64,000 bases of DNA from IMG/VR virus record IMGVR_UViG_3300036399_001297, positions 1 through 64,000 of that record. One strand, 5' to 3'. The notes under the pieces were generated by a model. The model did not search any database, had not been told where the DNA came from, and saw nothing but the letters and a program-made list of their open reading frames with translations. This document shows positions 9,680 through 19,125 of this stretch, one piece after another. The DNA comes from a virus. The position numbers and the translations under genes are program-made. Every line of letters begins with the position of its first letter. Positions within the stretch are counted from its first letter, which is position 1.

Positions 9680-10051
9680 TCAAATAGAAGATTCCTTTGG
9701 TTTTTCTCCTGCGGTTATGAATTGTTTGAGTTGATCTATTAATGCTTCTGCGTTTTTATCATCTACAGACTTTGCGGCCAAAGATCTTTTAAATTCTTCT
9801 TGTCTCTGTTGATCAATGTTAAAAAAATCTTTAAACATTTTTAACAAATCAGTTTTTACGCCAATAACATCATTCGGGTCTGGTAATGATGATTGGTTTA
9901 TTTGTTCTTCCGAAGGATTTTCTGCTGGTGGTTGTCCTTGTGTTTCTAAATTTTCAGGAGATTGTTGCATATCAGTAGGTATTGGAGCCTCTTCATTTAA
10001 AAATATTTTATAAGAATTTTTATATATAGCATCAAATTTAGAAATTTTCAT
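9680..10051 (-). CDS. hypothetical late protein
   Basis: TAAGTA 5 nt before ATG; N-terminus MKISKFDAIYKNSYKIFLNEE. Confidence 0.65.
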   Translation of the reverse strand: MKISKFDAIYKNSYKIFLNEEAPIPTDMQQSPENLETQGQPPAENPSEEQINQSSLPDPNDVIGVKTDLLKMFKDFFNIDQQRQEEFKRSLAAKSVDDKNAEALIDQLKQFITAGEKPKESSI

Positions 10052-10098
10052 GAAATTACTTATACATTATATCTTATAAAAAAGATAATTATTTATAT

Positions 10099-10383
10099 AT
10101 GAATTTTAAAAATATTTTAAACGAAAATCTCGAAAATATGATGGGTGATATCAAAAATATGAAACTGTCTAATGATCCGGCTTTAAACATTCAGCCTGAA
10201 CAATCAAACAATCAACCTCAAAATATTTCACCTCAAAATATTAAACCATCCGTAAAGGTATTTATGGATCCAAAAACAAATCAGTATAAAATTACAGATG
10301 GTACTGGTAAAACATTGGCTACTATTAACAATAAAAATGATTTTGCTGTTGTTATAGACGCTTTAAAATCATATGTTAACTAA
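10099..10383 (+). CDS. hypothetical protein
   Basis: 94 aa; N-terminus MNFKNILNE. Confidence 0.6.
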   Translation: MNFKNILNENLENMMGDIKNMKLSNDPALNIQPEQSNNQPQNISPQNIKPSVKVFMDPKTNQYKITDGTGKTLATINNKNDFAVVIDALKSYVN

Positions 10384-10813
10384 TATAAAAAATATATTTT
10401 TAAATGCATCCTCTTTTTTACAGAGCAATGTTGTTCCACCCAAAACTCCTTTATTTTTAGAAGAAGAGTTAGGTGCTGTAAATTTTTTAAAATCTAAAAA
10501 ATTTTTTATAGTATTTACAAGCATTTTAATAATTTGTTTTTTTTATTTTACAAGTATAGGTATATTATTTTTATTGCCTAATATGCCAGAAAAAATAACA
10601 GGATTTGTAACATTATTTTCAAAAACTATAGAATTGTTTACTCTGGTTGTTGGATTTTATTTAGGGGTTCAGACTATTTTAGACTATAAAGTAAACAGTT
10701 CAACGTCTACTAATTATAACGCAAATATTACATCTAATACAAATGTAATAAAGGAATATTTGCATTCTCCAAAAGATGATGATTTTACTTTAGAATATGT
10801 TTATGAAAAGTGA
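10373..10813 (+). CDS. putative holin (two TM helices)
   Basis: hydrophobic FFIVFTSILIICFFYFTSIGILFLL and LFTLVVGFYLGV; overlaps the endolysin start. Confidence 0.6.
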   Translation: MLTNIKNIFLNASSFLQSNVVPPKTPLFLEEELGAVNFLKSKKFFIVFTSILIICFFYFTSIGILFLLPNMPEKITGFVTLFSKTIELFTLVVGFYLGVQTILDYKVNSSTSTNYNANITSNTNVIKEYLHSPKDDDFTLEYVYEK

Positions 10814-11411
10814 GTATTTAAATTTTGATTGGTCGCCTATAATAAATTGGGAATCGGGCGGGAAATCGTATTATGAAAAATATTTAAACCGCTTCACGTA
10901 TCCAGGCGGGGCTTCGGGACCGACTATAATGATAGGAGTAGATTGTGCATATTATAATGAAAACGAATTAAAAAATATTTTTAATTTTTTACCCGAATCT
11001 GATATAAAATTAATATTAGGGTGTATCGGAAAAACCGGACCATCGGCTAAAACTTATATTAAAAAATTATCTCATATAAAAATTTCATGGGAAAACGCCG
11101 AAAAAGTTTTTTATGATATAATTCTTCCTAAATTTTATAATTTAACCTTAAAAATTTGGCCAAAAGTTGAAAACTTATGTCCCAATGCGCAAGTAGCATT
11201 GACTTCTATTGTTTTTAATCGAGGCGCTTCTTTATCTGGTGCATCAAGATTGGAAATGAGAGAGCTAAAGGTTTTAGTGCCATCAAAAAAATATAAAGAA
11301 ATATCTGACGAAATATTAAAGATGAAAAGATTATGGATTGGTAAAAATTTAGACGGTCTTTTAAAAAGAAGAGAAGAAGAATCTAAATTGGTTTTATCCT
11401 GTTTAAACTAA
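10797..11411 (+). CDS. endolysin, lysozyme-like muramidase (pesticin C-terminal-like)
   Basis: NWESGG catalytic Glu, PGGASGPTIMIGVD, LTSIVFNRG, GLLKRREEE. Confidence 0.8.
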   Translation: MFMKSEYLNFDWSPIINWESGGKSYYEKYLNRFTYPGGASGPTIMIGVDCAYYNENELKNIFNFLPESDIKLILGCIGKTGPSAKTYIKKLSHIKISWENAEKVFYDIILPKFYNLTLKIWPKVENLCPNAQVALTSIVFNRGASLSGASRLEMRELKVLVPSKKYKEISDEILKMKRLWIGKNLDGLLKRREEESKLVLSCLN

Positions 11412-11878
11412 CGATTCAACAACTTAAGTAATATTTCTTTTTGTTCTCCGGTTAGTCCTAAACACGGTATACCATCAAACATTAAAGAATTTTGGCAAAA
11501 CGTTTCGTCAATTATAGGAATTTTTCGATTTTTACAGAAGATTTTTTTGCAATAAGAATAAACTTTATCTATAAAAAAATCAGGATCTTCTAGGTGTTCG
11601 GAAAAATCTGAAAAATCTATGTCGGTATCAAAAAATATAAGTTTCATATTTTTTTCGGAACTTATTTTTTTCAATTCTAACTCAACCTCAACTATTGTTT
11701 TTTTTAAAATATCATTTACACAACGAATATTCTTTTTTATTCTTCCTTCTTCTAAAAGATTCCACTCGTACAAATAATCTAATATCTCGACTATTAGATC
11801 ATTACTAAAAGAATTAATAGAAAATAGTAAAAGTCTTTCTGATAAAATACAATATAGATGATTATTTATTTGTATCAC
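11408..11878 (-). CDS. hypothetical protein
   Basis: 156-aa ORF in a minus-strand operon. Confidence 0.55.
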   Translation of the reverse strand: MIQINNHLYCILSERLLLFSINSFSNDLIVEILDYLYEWNLLEEGRIKKNIRCVNDILKKTIVEVELELKKISSEKNMKLIFFDTDIDFSDFSEHLEDPDFFIDKVYSYCKKIFCKNRKIPIIDETFCQNSLMFDGIPCLGLTGEQKEILLKLLNR

Positions 11879-12401
11879 AAGAATTTATTATAGCATTTAA
11901 TATAACCTTTTCAACTATTTCCGGTGAAAGACTACAATTCGCCTGTGAAATACTTTCCTTAAGATCTTTAATATTGTTATATATCTTATTTTGAATTTTA
12001 GATATTTTTATTTTATCTTCAAAGTTAACATTTTCAAAAATAGTTTGTTCTCTTATTAGCAAAGACTCTAAAAAAGGTTCAGATAATTTTTTAATCGAAT
12101 CGGCTATACGTTTATAAAATCTATCTAAAGGAGATTTATACTTTAAATCATTGTTTTGATTTAAAGTTTCGAATAAATGAGTTAATATTGTTGTTTTTTT
12201 TACTTGCTCTTTAATTTTTTGGTACATTATATTTCCTTTTATATGATTGCCTCCGTATGGGTTATATGGACAATTTGAAGACATATTAGGTGAACCACAA
12301 TAAATACATTTATCGTATTCGTCCATATGAGCATGAGCATTTACAGGAGAGTATATACATCCTGATCCATAATTAGATGCTCCGCAATAAACACATTTCA
12401 T
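11862..12401 (-). CDS. hypothetical protein with duplicated CxYCG..C.Y.P..H metal-binding motif
   Basis: KCVYCGASNYGSGCIYSP..H and KCIYCGSPNMSSNCPYNP..H. Confidence 0.65.
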   Translation of the reverse strand: MKCVYCGASNYGSGCIYSPVNAHAHMDEYDKCIYCGSPNMSSNCPYNPYGGNHIKGNIMYQKIKEQVKKTTILTHLFETLNQNNDLKYKSPLDRFYKRIADSIKKLSEPFLESLLIREQTIFENVNFEDKIKISKIQNKIYNNIKDLKESISQANCSLSPEIVEKVILNAIINSCDTNK

Positions 12402-12919
12402 ACTTCTAGTCCTTTATCAAATTTATAAACATTTTTAATTTCTAAAATTTTATTTTTATTATTGTTTAAAAAATTTTCGGCTATTTCTATATTATATTTA
12501 TTATTATATGATAAAAAATTATCTTTTGTCAAGAAATTATATTCTTTCGGGTAACAAACATATGTAGATTTATGGGTTATTTTAAAAAAAAGTAACCAAA
12601 ACGATTTGTTTGTATGTGATGCCTGTGATATCCATTTGTCGAGTATACCACATTTTCCTTCAAACAAAGAATGAAATGGAAAATCTTTATAATTTTTTAC
12701 TTCTATAGAAAAATGAGATAATTCTTCTGGTACTACTATATCTCCTTCATTTAGATCTTGCTGTTCTTTAGTATATTTAGAAAAATTAGAAATATTTTTA
12801 CCTCCAAAAAAAGCACCAGATGTAAAAACTCTCATGAAAGATAACCCAAAACACTCAGAAAGCATATTGCAAACATATTGTTCTCCTCTTTTTCCTTTGT
12901 TTTTATTTTTATTTGGCAT
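12398..12919 (-). CDS. Holliday junction resolvase, Hjc-like PD-(D/E)xK nuclease
   Basis: KNKGKRGEQYV, SGAFFGG, GDIV, SIEVKNY, W..QA. Start placed at MPNKNK (12919), overlapping the upstream stop. Confidence 0.8.
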   Translation of the reverse strand: MPNKNKNKGKRGEQYVCNMLSECFGLSFMRVFTSGAFFGGKNISNFSKYTKEQQDLNEGDIVVPEELSHFSIEVKNYKDFPFHSLFEGKCGILDKWISQASHTNKSFWLLFFKITHKSTYVCYPKEYNFLTKDNFLSYNNKYNIEIAENFLNNNKNKILEIKNVYKFDKGLEV

Positions 12920-13145
12920 TTTTCTTTGATTTTCTTTTTTTATTAGATTTTTTTCCTGTGGCAAAAACAGTCAATTCGGGTGGATTTCTTTTGATAACCT
13001 TACCTAAAACTTTAGGAATTCTGTTGTCTCCAGCAGTTTTATCGGCCCATGATGTAGAAACATCACCAAAAACACTCATAGCGCCTCCAGCGGTATTACT
13101 TTCCATTATTTTTTTATATAGAATGTTAAAATTATTATTTTTCAT
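12909..13145 (-). CDS. small basic late protein
   Basis: TAAGTA 6 nt before ATG; MKNNNFNILYKKIMES; Lys-rich tail. Confidence 0.65.
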   Translation of the reverse strand: MKNNNFNILYKKIMESNTAGGAMSVFGDVSTSWADKTAGDNRIPKVLGKVIKRNPPELTVFATGKKSNKKRKSKKNAK

Positions 13146-13159
13146 TAAATATACTTACA

Positions 13160-13401
13160 TTTTTGGCCTAAAATATTCTAAATGTATTCTAAATATATTA
13201 CAAATATTATTCTATATATTATAAATATAACTTCTAAAACCCGCCCCCCTCCCCTTTAAATTATACTATATTTTTTAAATGTCAAGTATATTCTTAATAA
13301 TTTTAGTTAACAGACAATAAAATATAACAGTATAACAGATAATATTTGTCTAAAACCCACCCACCGCCCTTAAGCTTAATCTGTAATATTTCTTATGTCA
13401 A
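13160..13401 (-). other. candidate replication origin: two tandem promoter + G-tract + T4 units and an AT-rich unwinding region
   Basis: TTGACA..TAAGCT-taa-GGGCGGTGGGTGGG-TTTTAGA and TTGACA..TAATTT-aaa-GGGGAGGGGGGCGGG-TTTTAGA, followed by about 70 nt of nearly pure A/T. Longest intergenic gap in the window. The function is inferred. Confidence 0.55.
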
Positions 13402-13448
13402 TAAAAAAATTTGCATATTTTTAAAAAATGTGATAATATAGTAAATAT

Positions 13449-13844
13449 ATGGATATTTTAGAAGAATATAAAAAAGAAATAACAGAGGATACTAAAATAG
13501 ACCAGATTAATATTTTGGATAAACAGTTGATGCTTCCTTCTATAAAACATAAATGGGTTGCTAGATTGATAGATTCTAAAAAAAACTTAAATAAATTAAA
13601 CAAAAAGAAAAAAGATATTAAAAAATTAGTAGTAGAACAAATTCAAGATAATATACCTAAAAATTTACCAAAAGCCGCGCTTGATCTAAAGATAGAAGGA
13701 TCGGAAAAGGTAAAAGAAATTAACGACGAAATAGAAAAATATGAATTGTTAATAGATTATTTAGAAAAAGTTGAAAAAATATTTTCAAGCATGAGTTTTG
13801 ATTTTAAAACTGCTACTGATTTAATTAAAATGGAAACAACATGA
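13449..13844 (+). CDS. uvsY: recombination mediator UvsY
   Basis: EDTKIDQINI..QLMLPSIKHKWVARL, coiled coil, adjacent to uvsW. Confidence 0.75.
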   Translation: MDILEEYKKEITEDTKIDQINILDKQLMLPSIKHKWVARLIDSKKNLNKLNKKKKDIKKLVVEQIQDNIPKNLPKAALDLKIEGSEKVKEINDEIEKYELLIDYLEKVEKIFSSMSFDFKTATDLIKMETT

Positions 13845-15256
13845 TATCCATAGATTTTTATAACGATAAAAAAAATTTAATGCAAATAGTTTCTGACTCT
13901 GATGAGTTGGAACTTATAAGGCATCATTTTTCGTGTCCAAATCCAGCAGCAATATCTAGAAATAAATTCATACCAAAAAGATTGTATGCGATAACACCAG
14001 CCGGAAAATTTGAATCTGGTTTGTTGGAAGAAATAAAAAAATATCTAATTTCAGAAAATCTAAGGTTTGAAATATCCGAAGACATAAAAAATTCAAAAAT
14101 CGTTTTTAACGCATCTGAAATAGTGCCTATGCATATTCCATATAGGGAATATCAAGAAAACGCGATAGTGACCGCTATAAGAGAAAACAATGGGGTTATT
14201 GTTGTCGGTACTGGTGGTGGAAAAACACTACTGACGGCTGGATTGATTGTAAACTTACGAGAAAATTTAAAAAAACTAAATGCTAAAGTTTTGGTTACGG
14301 TTCCAACGATTCAACTTGTGGAACAAACTGCATCAGATTTTAAAGAATACGGTCTGACGAAAATATCAAAATGGTCGGGTAAAAACAAATTAGATGCTGA
14401 CGCCGAAATTATTGTAGCCGGAACACAATATCTGGTAGGAAAAAATACAGATTTATCTATATTAAACGACATAGATATTTTAATAATGGATGAGTGTCAT
14501 GTACTTAAAAAAAATAACGAAATAAATAATATTTTTAAATTTATAAAAACCCCGTTCAAATTCGGATTAACCGGATCACTACCAGAAGAAAAAATAGACC
14601 AATGGAATATAAACGGTAAACTGGGACCAATAATTTTCGAAAAGAAAACCGACGAACTCAAAAAAGGCGAGTACGTTTCAGACTTCCAAATTTATCTTAT
14701 AGAAATTGATCATGGTAAAACAAATTTTCCGTTTAATCCCAACTCACCTACATCTAAATATGAAAATGAATTAACATATTTGATGACGTGTGAAAAAAGA
14801 AATGATATAATCTCAAAACTGGTTAACAAAATAAATAAAAACACAATTATAATGGTTGATCGCATTTTGCACGGCGAAGAATTGTTAAATAGCCTTAAAA
14901 AAATATGTATCGATTCCCCTGTTTATTTTATACAAGGATCAACCGAAATGGAAGATCGGGAAAAAATAAAAAATTTGATGGAGAACGAAAGTAATGTTAT
15001 AGTTGTTGCAATATCTAAAATATTTTCAACTGGCATAAATATACCAAATCTTCATTCGATTGTTTTTGCATCCGCTGGAAAAGCTAAAATAAAAATAGTA
15101 CAAAGTATAGGACGTGCTTTGCGTTTACATCCTACAAAAGAAAAGGCTTATATTTTTGACATAGCAGATAACACGTATTATGGTAAAATACATAAAGACG
15201 AACGCAAAAAACTTTATAAGGCCGAAAAATATCCATTTATAGAAAAAAACATATGA
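13841..15256 (+). CDS. uvsW: SF2 RNA-DNA/DNA helicase UvsW
   Basis: YREYQ, GTGGGKT, VPTIQLVEQ, MDECH, GLTGSL, FSTGINI, QSIGRALR. Confidence 0.92.
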   Translation: MISIDFYNDKKNLMQIVSDSDELELIRHHFSCPNPAAISRNKFIPKRLYAITPAGKFESGLLEEIKKYLISENLRFEISEDIKNSKIVFNASEIVPMHIPYREYQENAIVTAIRENNGVIVVGTGGGKTLLTAGLIVNLRENLKKLNAKVLVTVPTIQLVEQTASDFKEYGLTKISKWSGKNKLDADAEIIVAGTQYLVGKNTDLSILNDIDILIMDECHVLKKNNEINNIFKFIKTPFKFGLTGSLPEEKIDQWNINGKLGPIIFEKKTDELKKGEYVSDFQIYLIEIDHGKTNFPFNPNSPTSKYENELTYLMTCEKRNDIISKLVNKINKNTIIMVDRILHGEELLNSLKKICIDSPVYFIQGSTEMEDREKIKNLMENESNVIVVAISKIFSTGINIPNLHSIVFASAGKAKIKIVQSIGRALRLHPTKEKAYIFDIADNTYYGKIHKDERKKLYKAEKYPFIEKNI

Positions 15257-15858
15257 GAAGAAAAAAAATTAACCCTGATTTATTGGTAATAGACGATCAA
15301 GCATTGGAAGACATGGAAAGAGAGTTATTACTGGAAAGTGATGATGACAATTCAACTGACTACGATGAAGATGATGATTTTTTAGATTCAGAAGAAGATT
15401 CTGACGAAGATTCTGAAGACATCTCTGAAAATACAGTGAAAACAAAACCGGAAAAGAAAAAAATTTATATAGTGCCAAAGGAATTTGATGATGCTATTAT
15501 GGAATATTATAAAACCGGAAATCTTACAAACCAATTAGCCGAAATGGTTGATAAAATTGCTCAAAAACTTGCTTATGCTCCAAATTTTATTAACTACAGC
15601 TATAGATCTGATATGATAGGTGATGCTATTATAAAAATGATGAAAGCTCTAATTGGTAAAAAATATCAACATAATAAAGGTTCAAATCCATTTTCTTATT
15701 TCACTAGAATAGCATTCAATGCTTATAGAAACCGAATCAAAATAGAAAAAAGAAATCAAGAAATCCATGAAAAATATAAAGAAGAATTGATGATGTTTAG
15801 CGAGCAATATAACACCATAGTAAAAAACAAAAATATAAAGATTAATAACGATAGATGA
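15253..15858 (+). CDS. 55: late-transcription sigma factor gp55
   Basis: KIAQKLAYAPNFINYSYRSDMIGDAI, NPFSYFTRIAFNAYRNRIKIEK. Confidence 0.9.
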   Translation: MRRKKINPDLLVIDDQALEDMERELLLESDDDNSTDYDEDDDFLDSEEDSDEDSEDISENTVKTKPEKKKIYIVPKEFDDAIMEYYKTGNLTNQLAEMVDKIAQKLAYAPNFINYSYRSDMIGDAIIKMMKALIGKKYQHNKGSNPFSYFTRIAFNAYRNRIKIEKRNQEIHEKYKEELMMFSEQYNTIVKNKNIKINNDR

Positions 15859-16904
15859 AACAATTTAAAAGCAATAAGATAGGAATTTTTTCTGATATAC
15901 ACATTGGATTGGGACAGGATAGTTCCATATGGCACGAAATAGTTTTGAATTTTGGTAAATGGGCATCCGAAACTTACAAAAAAAGAGGAATTACCGAAAT
16001 TGTCATACCCGGTGATGTGTTTCATAATAGATCCGAAATCTCCGTAAAAACTCTTGATGTGTGTAAACAGTTCTTTGATTATTTTAAAGATTTTGAATTG
16101 ATTATTTCGGTAGGAAATCATGATGTTTTTAAAAAAAATGCATCTGACATACATTCTCTAAAACTTTTATCAGAGTGGAAAAACATAACTATAATTGATC
16201 TTAAACCTGAAATATATAAAACCGTAAAAAATAAAACTGTTTCTTTTATACCATGGGCAACCGATATAGAAAATTTTCCGGTAACAGATATTTGTTTCGG
16301 TCATTTGGATATACAATCATTTTATATGAATGGTTTGAAATTATGTGATCATGGGTTTGAATCAAAAAATCTTTTCGAAAAATCAAAATATATTATATCT
16401 GGACATTTTCATAAAAAAGAATTTAGAGAATATACGGATGGTAATATTCTTTATGTGGGTAGTCCATTTCAACATAATTTTGGTGATGTTGGAGACGAAA
16501 GAGGAATTTACATTTTCGATTTTGAAAAAAATAATTTTGAATTTATACAAAACACAGAATCACCGACACACAAAAAGATTAAAATATCTGATATATTAGA
16601 TAAAAAAATTAAATCCGAAGATCTTAAAAGAGACGTACCAAACAATTTAATTTGTTTGATAATAGACAAATCTATTACACCTGATGTATATTCAGTATTA
16701 ATATCGAAAATTCAAAATTTAGAGCCTAAAATTTTAAAAATCGAACACGCAGAACCACAAAAAGAATTGAATACTGATGGTAGCGAAGAGTTTGAATTAT
16801 CCGATATATCCAAATCATTAGAAGAATACGTAGATTCTATGGATATTCAAAATAAAAAAGAATTAAAAGATTATATATTAAATATATATGATAATTTAAA
16901 ATAA
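15855..16904 (+). CDS. 47: recombination endonuclease subunit gp47 (SbcD/Mre11)
   Basis: FSDIHIG, GDVFHNR, GNHD, GHL, SGHFH, YVGSP. Confidence 0.93.
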   Translation: MKQFKSNKIGIFSDIHIGLGQDSSIWHEIVLNFGKWASETYKKRGITEIVIPGDVFHNRSEISVKTLDVCKQFFDYFKDFELIISVGNHDVFKKNASDIHSLKLLSEWKNITIIDLKPEIYKTVKNKTVSFIPWATDIENFPVTDICFGHLDIQSFYMNGLKLCDHGFESKNLFEKSKYIISGHFHKKEFREYTDGNILYVGSPFQHNFGDVGDERGIYIFDFEKNNFEFIQNTESPTHKKIKISDILDKKIKSEDLKRDVPNNLICLIIDKSITPDVYSVLISKIQNLEPKILKIEHAEPQKELNTDGSEEFELSDISKSLEEYVDSMDIQNKKELKDYILNIYDNLK

Positions 16905-16905
16905 A

Positions 16906-17343
16906 TTATCCGCCGCTTTTGCCTGATGAAAAATCTTGTTTAAATCTTAAAAGAAAATCAGGAATTTTTTGGTTTCTTATTTGTAAATTATAAACCAGTC
17001 TTTTGGCTTGATCAATTTTTTCTTTTTTAACTTCTTCCGCCAAAGAATTTAAAATTTTCGGGTCTGTGTTTATAATATCTCCGATAGATTTATTATTATT
17101 TAAAAGATCTACTATCTTATCAACCGAAGCTGTTGCATCTAATTCTGGATTGACCATAGAATCTATAGCAGCACGATCAGAATCAGGATATTTCATGGAG
17201 TTAACCTCATCGGCTTTAATATTAGAAGGAAACAAAGCAGAACCTAACATTCCGGCTACAGCTGCACCAGTTTTTAAATTTAATTCGTTTATTATAATAT
17301 TATTATAAACTTCTTCCATCAATAATGTATCATTATCTCTCAT
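16906..17343 (-). CDS. hypothetical late protein
   Basis: TAAGTA 8 nt before ATG; MRDNDTLLMEEVYNNIIINE followed by a short hydrophobic segment. Confidence 0.65.
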   Translation of the reverse strand: MRDNDTLLMEEVYNNIIINELNLKTGAAVAGMLGSALFPSNIKADEVNSMKYPDSDRAAIDSMVNPELDATASVDKIVDLLNNNKSIGDIINTDPKILNSLAEEVKKEKIDQAKRLVYNLQIRNQKIPDFLLRFKQDFSSGKSGG

Positions 17344-17383
17344 ATTTTAAATACTTATACCTATATGTTATACAAATAATATT

Positions 17384-18295
17384 TTAACCAGCAACAGATA
17401 GATTGAGTGATGTTGTAGCGGAACAAACATAAGAATTACCAGATTGTCCTTCTAACGAAAAAGGACTAAAATATCTTTCTGCTACTGCATCAAAACTTCT
17501 TCCTAACATAGTACAAGTAGCAGTAGCACCGGAAAAAACACCTGCGGTTGGAGTTGTTACCAACCAATCATTAGGTCCATATATACTAGCAGGACTTCCT
17601 ACATTTCCGATCAAATTTAAACATACTGTGTTACTATTACTACTAGCAACAGTACAAGAATATCCACAATTAATACTGGCAGAATTTATTTGTTGCGTTC
17701 CGTTTGGAAGCAGCAGTTCAACGTTATAATTTACAGAAAACGAATCGCCAAATGAATTTGCAGCAGAAAAATTTCTTGTTTTCGATCCACTCACTGTACC
17801 GTTGCGATACCATGTACCACTACCGTAATAGCTACCACTATCAGCGAAACTATGACTAAAGTTTACTGTCCAAGTTGATCCGTTTGCTATATTTTGCCAA
17901 TCGGTTAACGGTATACACAACGTTCCTCCTCTCGGTATAGGTGCTGGTGTTGGTGTTATCGTTGGAGTATTTGTAGGCGTTGGAGTATTTGTGGCAGTTG
18001 GTGTATTAGTAGGTGTTAATGTAGGAGTAGGAGTTAAAGTGTTAGTAGGTGTTAATGTAGGAGTAGGAGTTAAAGTGTTAGTAGGTGTTAATGTAGGAGT
18101 AGGAGTTAAAGTGTTAGTAGGTGTTAATGTAGGTGTCGGGCTAGGTGTATTAGTAGGTGTATTAGTCGGTGTTGGTGTATAAGTTCTAGTAGGTTGGAAT
18201 GTTTGGGTTGGTTTGGGTGTGGGTGTTAATGTAATATAAACCACCGGATCATCTACATCGTCAACACTAGGATCACCATAACAAGAAATATACAT
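17384..18295 (-). CDS. Pro/Thr-repeat protein with C-terminal beta-rich domain (putative virion appendage)
   Basis: about 100 aa of TPTNT/TPTLT repeats, then a Ser/Gly/Cys-rich globular domain. Confidence 0.75.
   Translation of the reverse strand: MYISCYGDPSVDDVDDPVVYITLTPTPKPTQTFQPTRTYTPTPTNTPTNTPSPTPTLTPTNTLTPTPTLTPTNTLTPTPTLTPTNTLTPTPTLTPTNTPTATNTPTPTNTPTITPTPAPIPRGGTLCIPLTDWQNIANGSTWTVNFSHSFADSGSYYGSGTWYRNGTVSGSKTRNFSAANSFGDSFSVNYNVELLLPNGTQQINSASINCGYSCTVASSNSNTVCLNLIGNVGSPASIYGPNDWLVTTPTAGVFSGATATCTMLGRSFDAVAERYFSPFSLEGQSGNSYVCSATTSLNLSVAG
18006..18133. repeat. 36-bp tandem repeat, about 3.5 copies, coding [12 protein letters not shown]
   Basis: ttagtaggtgttaatgtaggagtaggagttaaagtg repeated. 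Confidence 0.9.
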
Positions 18296-18351
18296 TATAA
18301 ATAATTAATATATTCTATTGATTTTATTACTAAATGTATTAATATATAAAA

Positions 18352-19125
18352 ATGGAAAACAATGAAGTTGGAATTGGTTTAATTGATATATACGATGACA
18401 AATCTTTAGTAGACTGTTCTTATAGTTTATCTAAAACTACAAACAATGCGTCAGTTTATGTGATTTCAAACAGAATTTTAGGACTTAAAGATTTTAAATA
18501 TGATGAAAAACTAACTCATCATGTTTCTATGGCAACATTAAGAAATCATTGTATCGCACACTTTAGAGGATTAGGTCTTAAATATATATTTTTAATAAAT
18601 TCAAATGTTATTATAACTGACCCAAATTTTATTGAAAATACAATTAAAACCGCCGAAGCATTTGGAACATGGTTTATGACCGGATATCAAGAAAATCCTA
18701 CACATCTTGATGATTCTGATGCAAGTCGATCATTGTGTGTGAATACTAAATTAAATACAGATTTTATATTCTTACGCTCTGGTATTATTGGAAATTTGGG
18801 ATATTTTGATGAAAGATATATAAACACAAAAGATTTGGACGTATTAGATTATATAAATAAAGCCCGTAAAATTGAAATTTATCCACCACATCCATTTCAT
18901 CCAACAGTAGGAAATATTTTAAAATATTCTGATTCAAAAATTCAAAAGGTAGACCATTCTGATATATTAGATACTAAAAACAAATCTGTAGGGTTTTCTT
19001 ATGGATATTTTCACCACCAACATAAATATATTCCGGATCATGATGAGATAAAATCTATATCAAAAGACGAATTAATTGTTTTTATGGGAGATTTGCAACA
19101 AAATTATGCTACATATGGAAAATGA
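18352..19125 (+). CDS. degenerate GT2-like glycosyltransferase
   Basis: YIFLINSNV at the DxD position and LGYFDERY; resembles the adjacent GT2 genes. Confidence 0.6.
   Translation: MENNEVGIGLIDIYDDKSLVDCSYSLSKTTNNASVYVISNRILGLKDFKYDEKLTHHVSMATLRNHCIAHFRGLGLKYIFLINSNVIITDPNFIENTIKTAEAFGTWFMTGYQENPTHLDDSDASRSLCVNTKLNTDFIFLRSGIIGNLGYFDERYINTKDLDVLDYINKARKIEIYPPHPFHPTVGNILKYSDSKIQKVDHSDILDTKNKSVGFSYGYFHHQHKYIPDHDEIKSISKDELIVFMGDLQQNYATYGK

Noticed and set aside
12913-13224. 103-aa plus-strand ORF, and 13421-13603 on the minus strand
   Set aside because: They are antisense shadows of genes with better support (12909-13145 and uvsY) and have no recognisable motifs.
17991-18182. Val/Gly repeat ORF on the plus strand
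   Set aside because: It is the reverse-complement reading of the Thr/Pro repeat.
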